A stretch of 63,749 nt of DNA, counting the filler, from Octopus bimaculoides (lineage: Eukaryota): NCBI RefSeq assembly GCF_001194135.2. It is 5 parts of 5 records of this genome, joined end to end, with 100 filler letters (N's around TTAATTAATTAA, not from the genome) between each part and the next. Parts side by side here need not be neighbours in the genome. Positions count along the whole stretch, not along the records: positions 61,962 to 63,749 come from NW_026318698.1; 4 more parts are not named here. One strand, 5' to 3'. A program made the translations under genes and the position numbers. The notes beneath the pieces were generated by a model, which made no database searches, was not told the origin of the DNA, and saw only the letters and a program-made list of their open reading frames with translations. Numbering within the stretch: position 1 is the first letter of the stretch; each line of letters starts with the position of its first letter. Shown here one piece after another: positions 63,351 to 63,749 of the stretch.

Positions 63351-63749
63351 ACGTTAAAAAGTGTTTTGGTAGCACTGCTAACACAGTAGTACACAGTATT
63401 GATTTACAAAGCGTTTAACATACCTTGTAGTATATTATGATTGCATAACGAAATGCGTTGCCTTATTTTGTATGGCATTTAAAATACCTGTATTAGTTGT
63501 TTACATTCGTGCAACTGACAACACAGAGTTATTACTCCTAGCTTATTTTGTTCGATTACGCACGCACACACACACATACACACACGCGTACACACGGACG
63601 AACGCACGCACATACAAACACACCCATCCACACATGCATACTCAAACATACACGCACCTGTATACATGTGTACATGCATACTTGGTTATGCGTATATCAG
63701 TAAAGATATGCATGCCTGCAGTTATGTATGTATATGTATATGTAAGTGC

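Overview
AT-rich, microsatellite- and SINE-dense eukaryotic draft scaffold with many N gaps. The repeat families and the C2H2 gene style point to a coleoid cephalopod, most likely Octopus; this is recognition, not a database result. Three protein-coding loci are supported. (1) A complete 6-exon acid-sphingomyelinase-like phosphodiesterase (SMPDL3 family) on the minus strand, 13175->2331, about 541 aa after removing a 75-nt assembly duplication. All five introns are GT-AG with matching phases. It ends in a transmembrane helix plus a short Tyr-motif tail, and a TCACGTGA (CLEAR-type) palindrome lies 45 bp upstream of its ATG. (2) A tandem C2H2 zinc-finger gene (minus, 19586->17999) with at least 14 fingers. 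(3) The 5' part of a plus-strand receptor gene: signal peptide plus a LIVBP/ANF-type amino-terminal domain resembling iGluR/IR receptors. Exon 1 is 22026-22439; weaker candidate exons lie near 55.8 and 60.7 kb, and the rest is probably beyond the window. The remainder is mobile DNA: three tRNA-type SINE families, RTE, L1/Tx1 and R4/Dong-like LINE remnants, Tc1 and mariner relics, piggyBac-like MITEs, and several Penelope-like fragments carrying hammerhead-ribozyme-like motifs. All family calls are by eye, and repeat boundaries are approximate. I found no clearly unprecedented multi-gene system. The best leads are the membrane-anchored SMPDL3, the divergent ATD receptor and the set of non-canonical hammerhead motifs.
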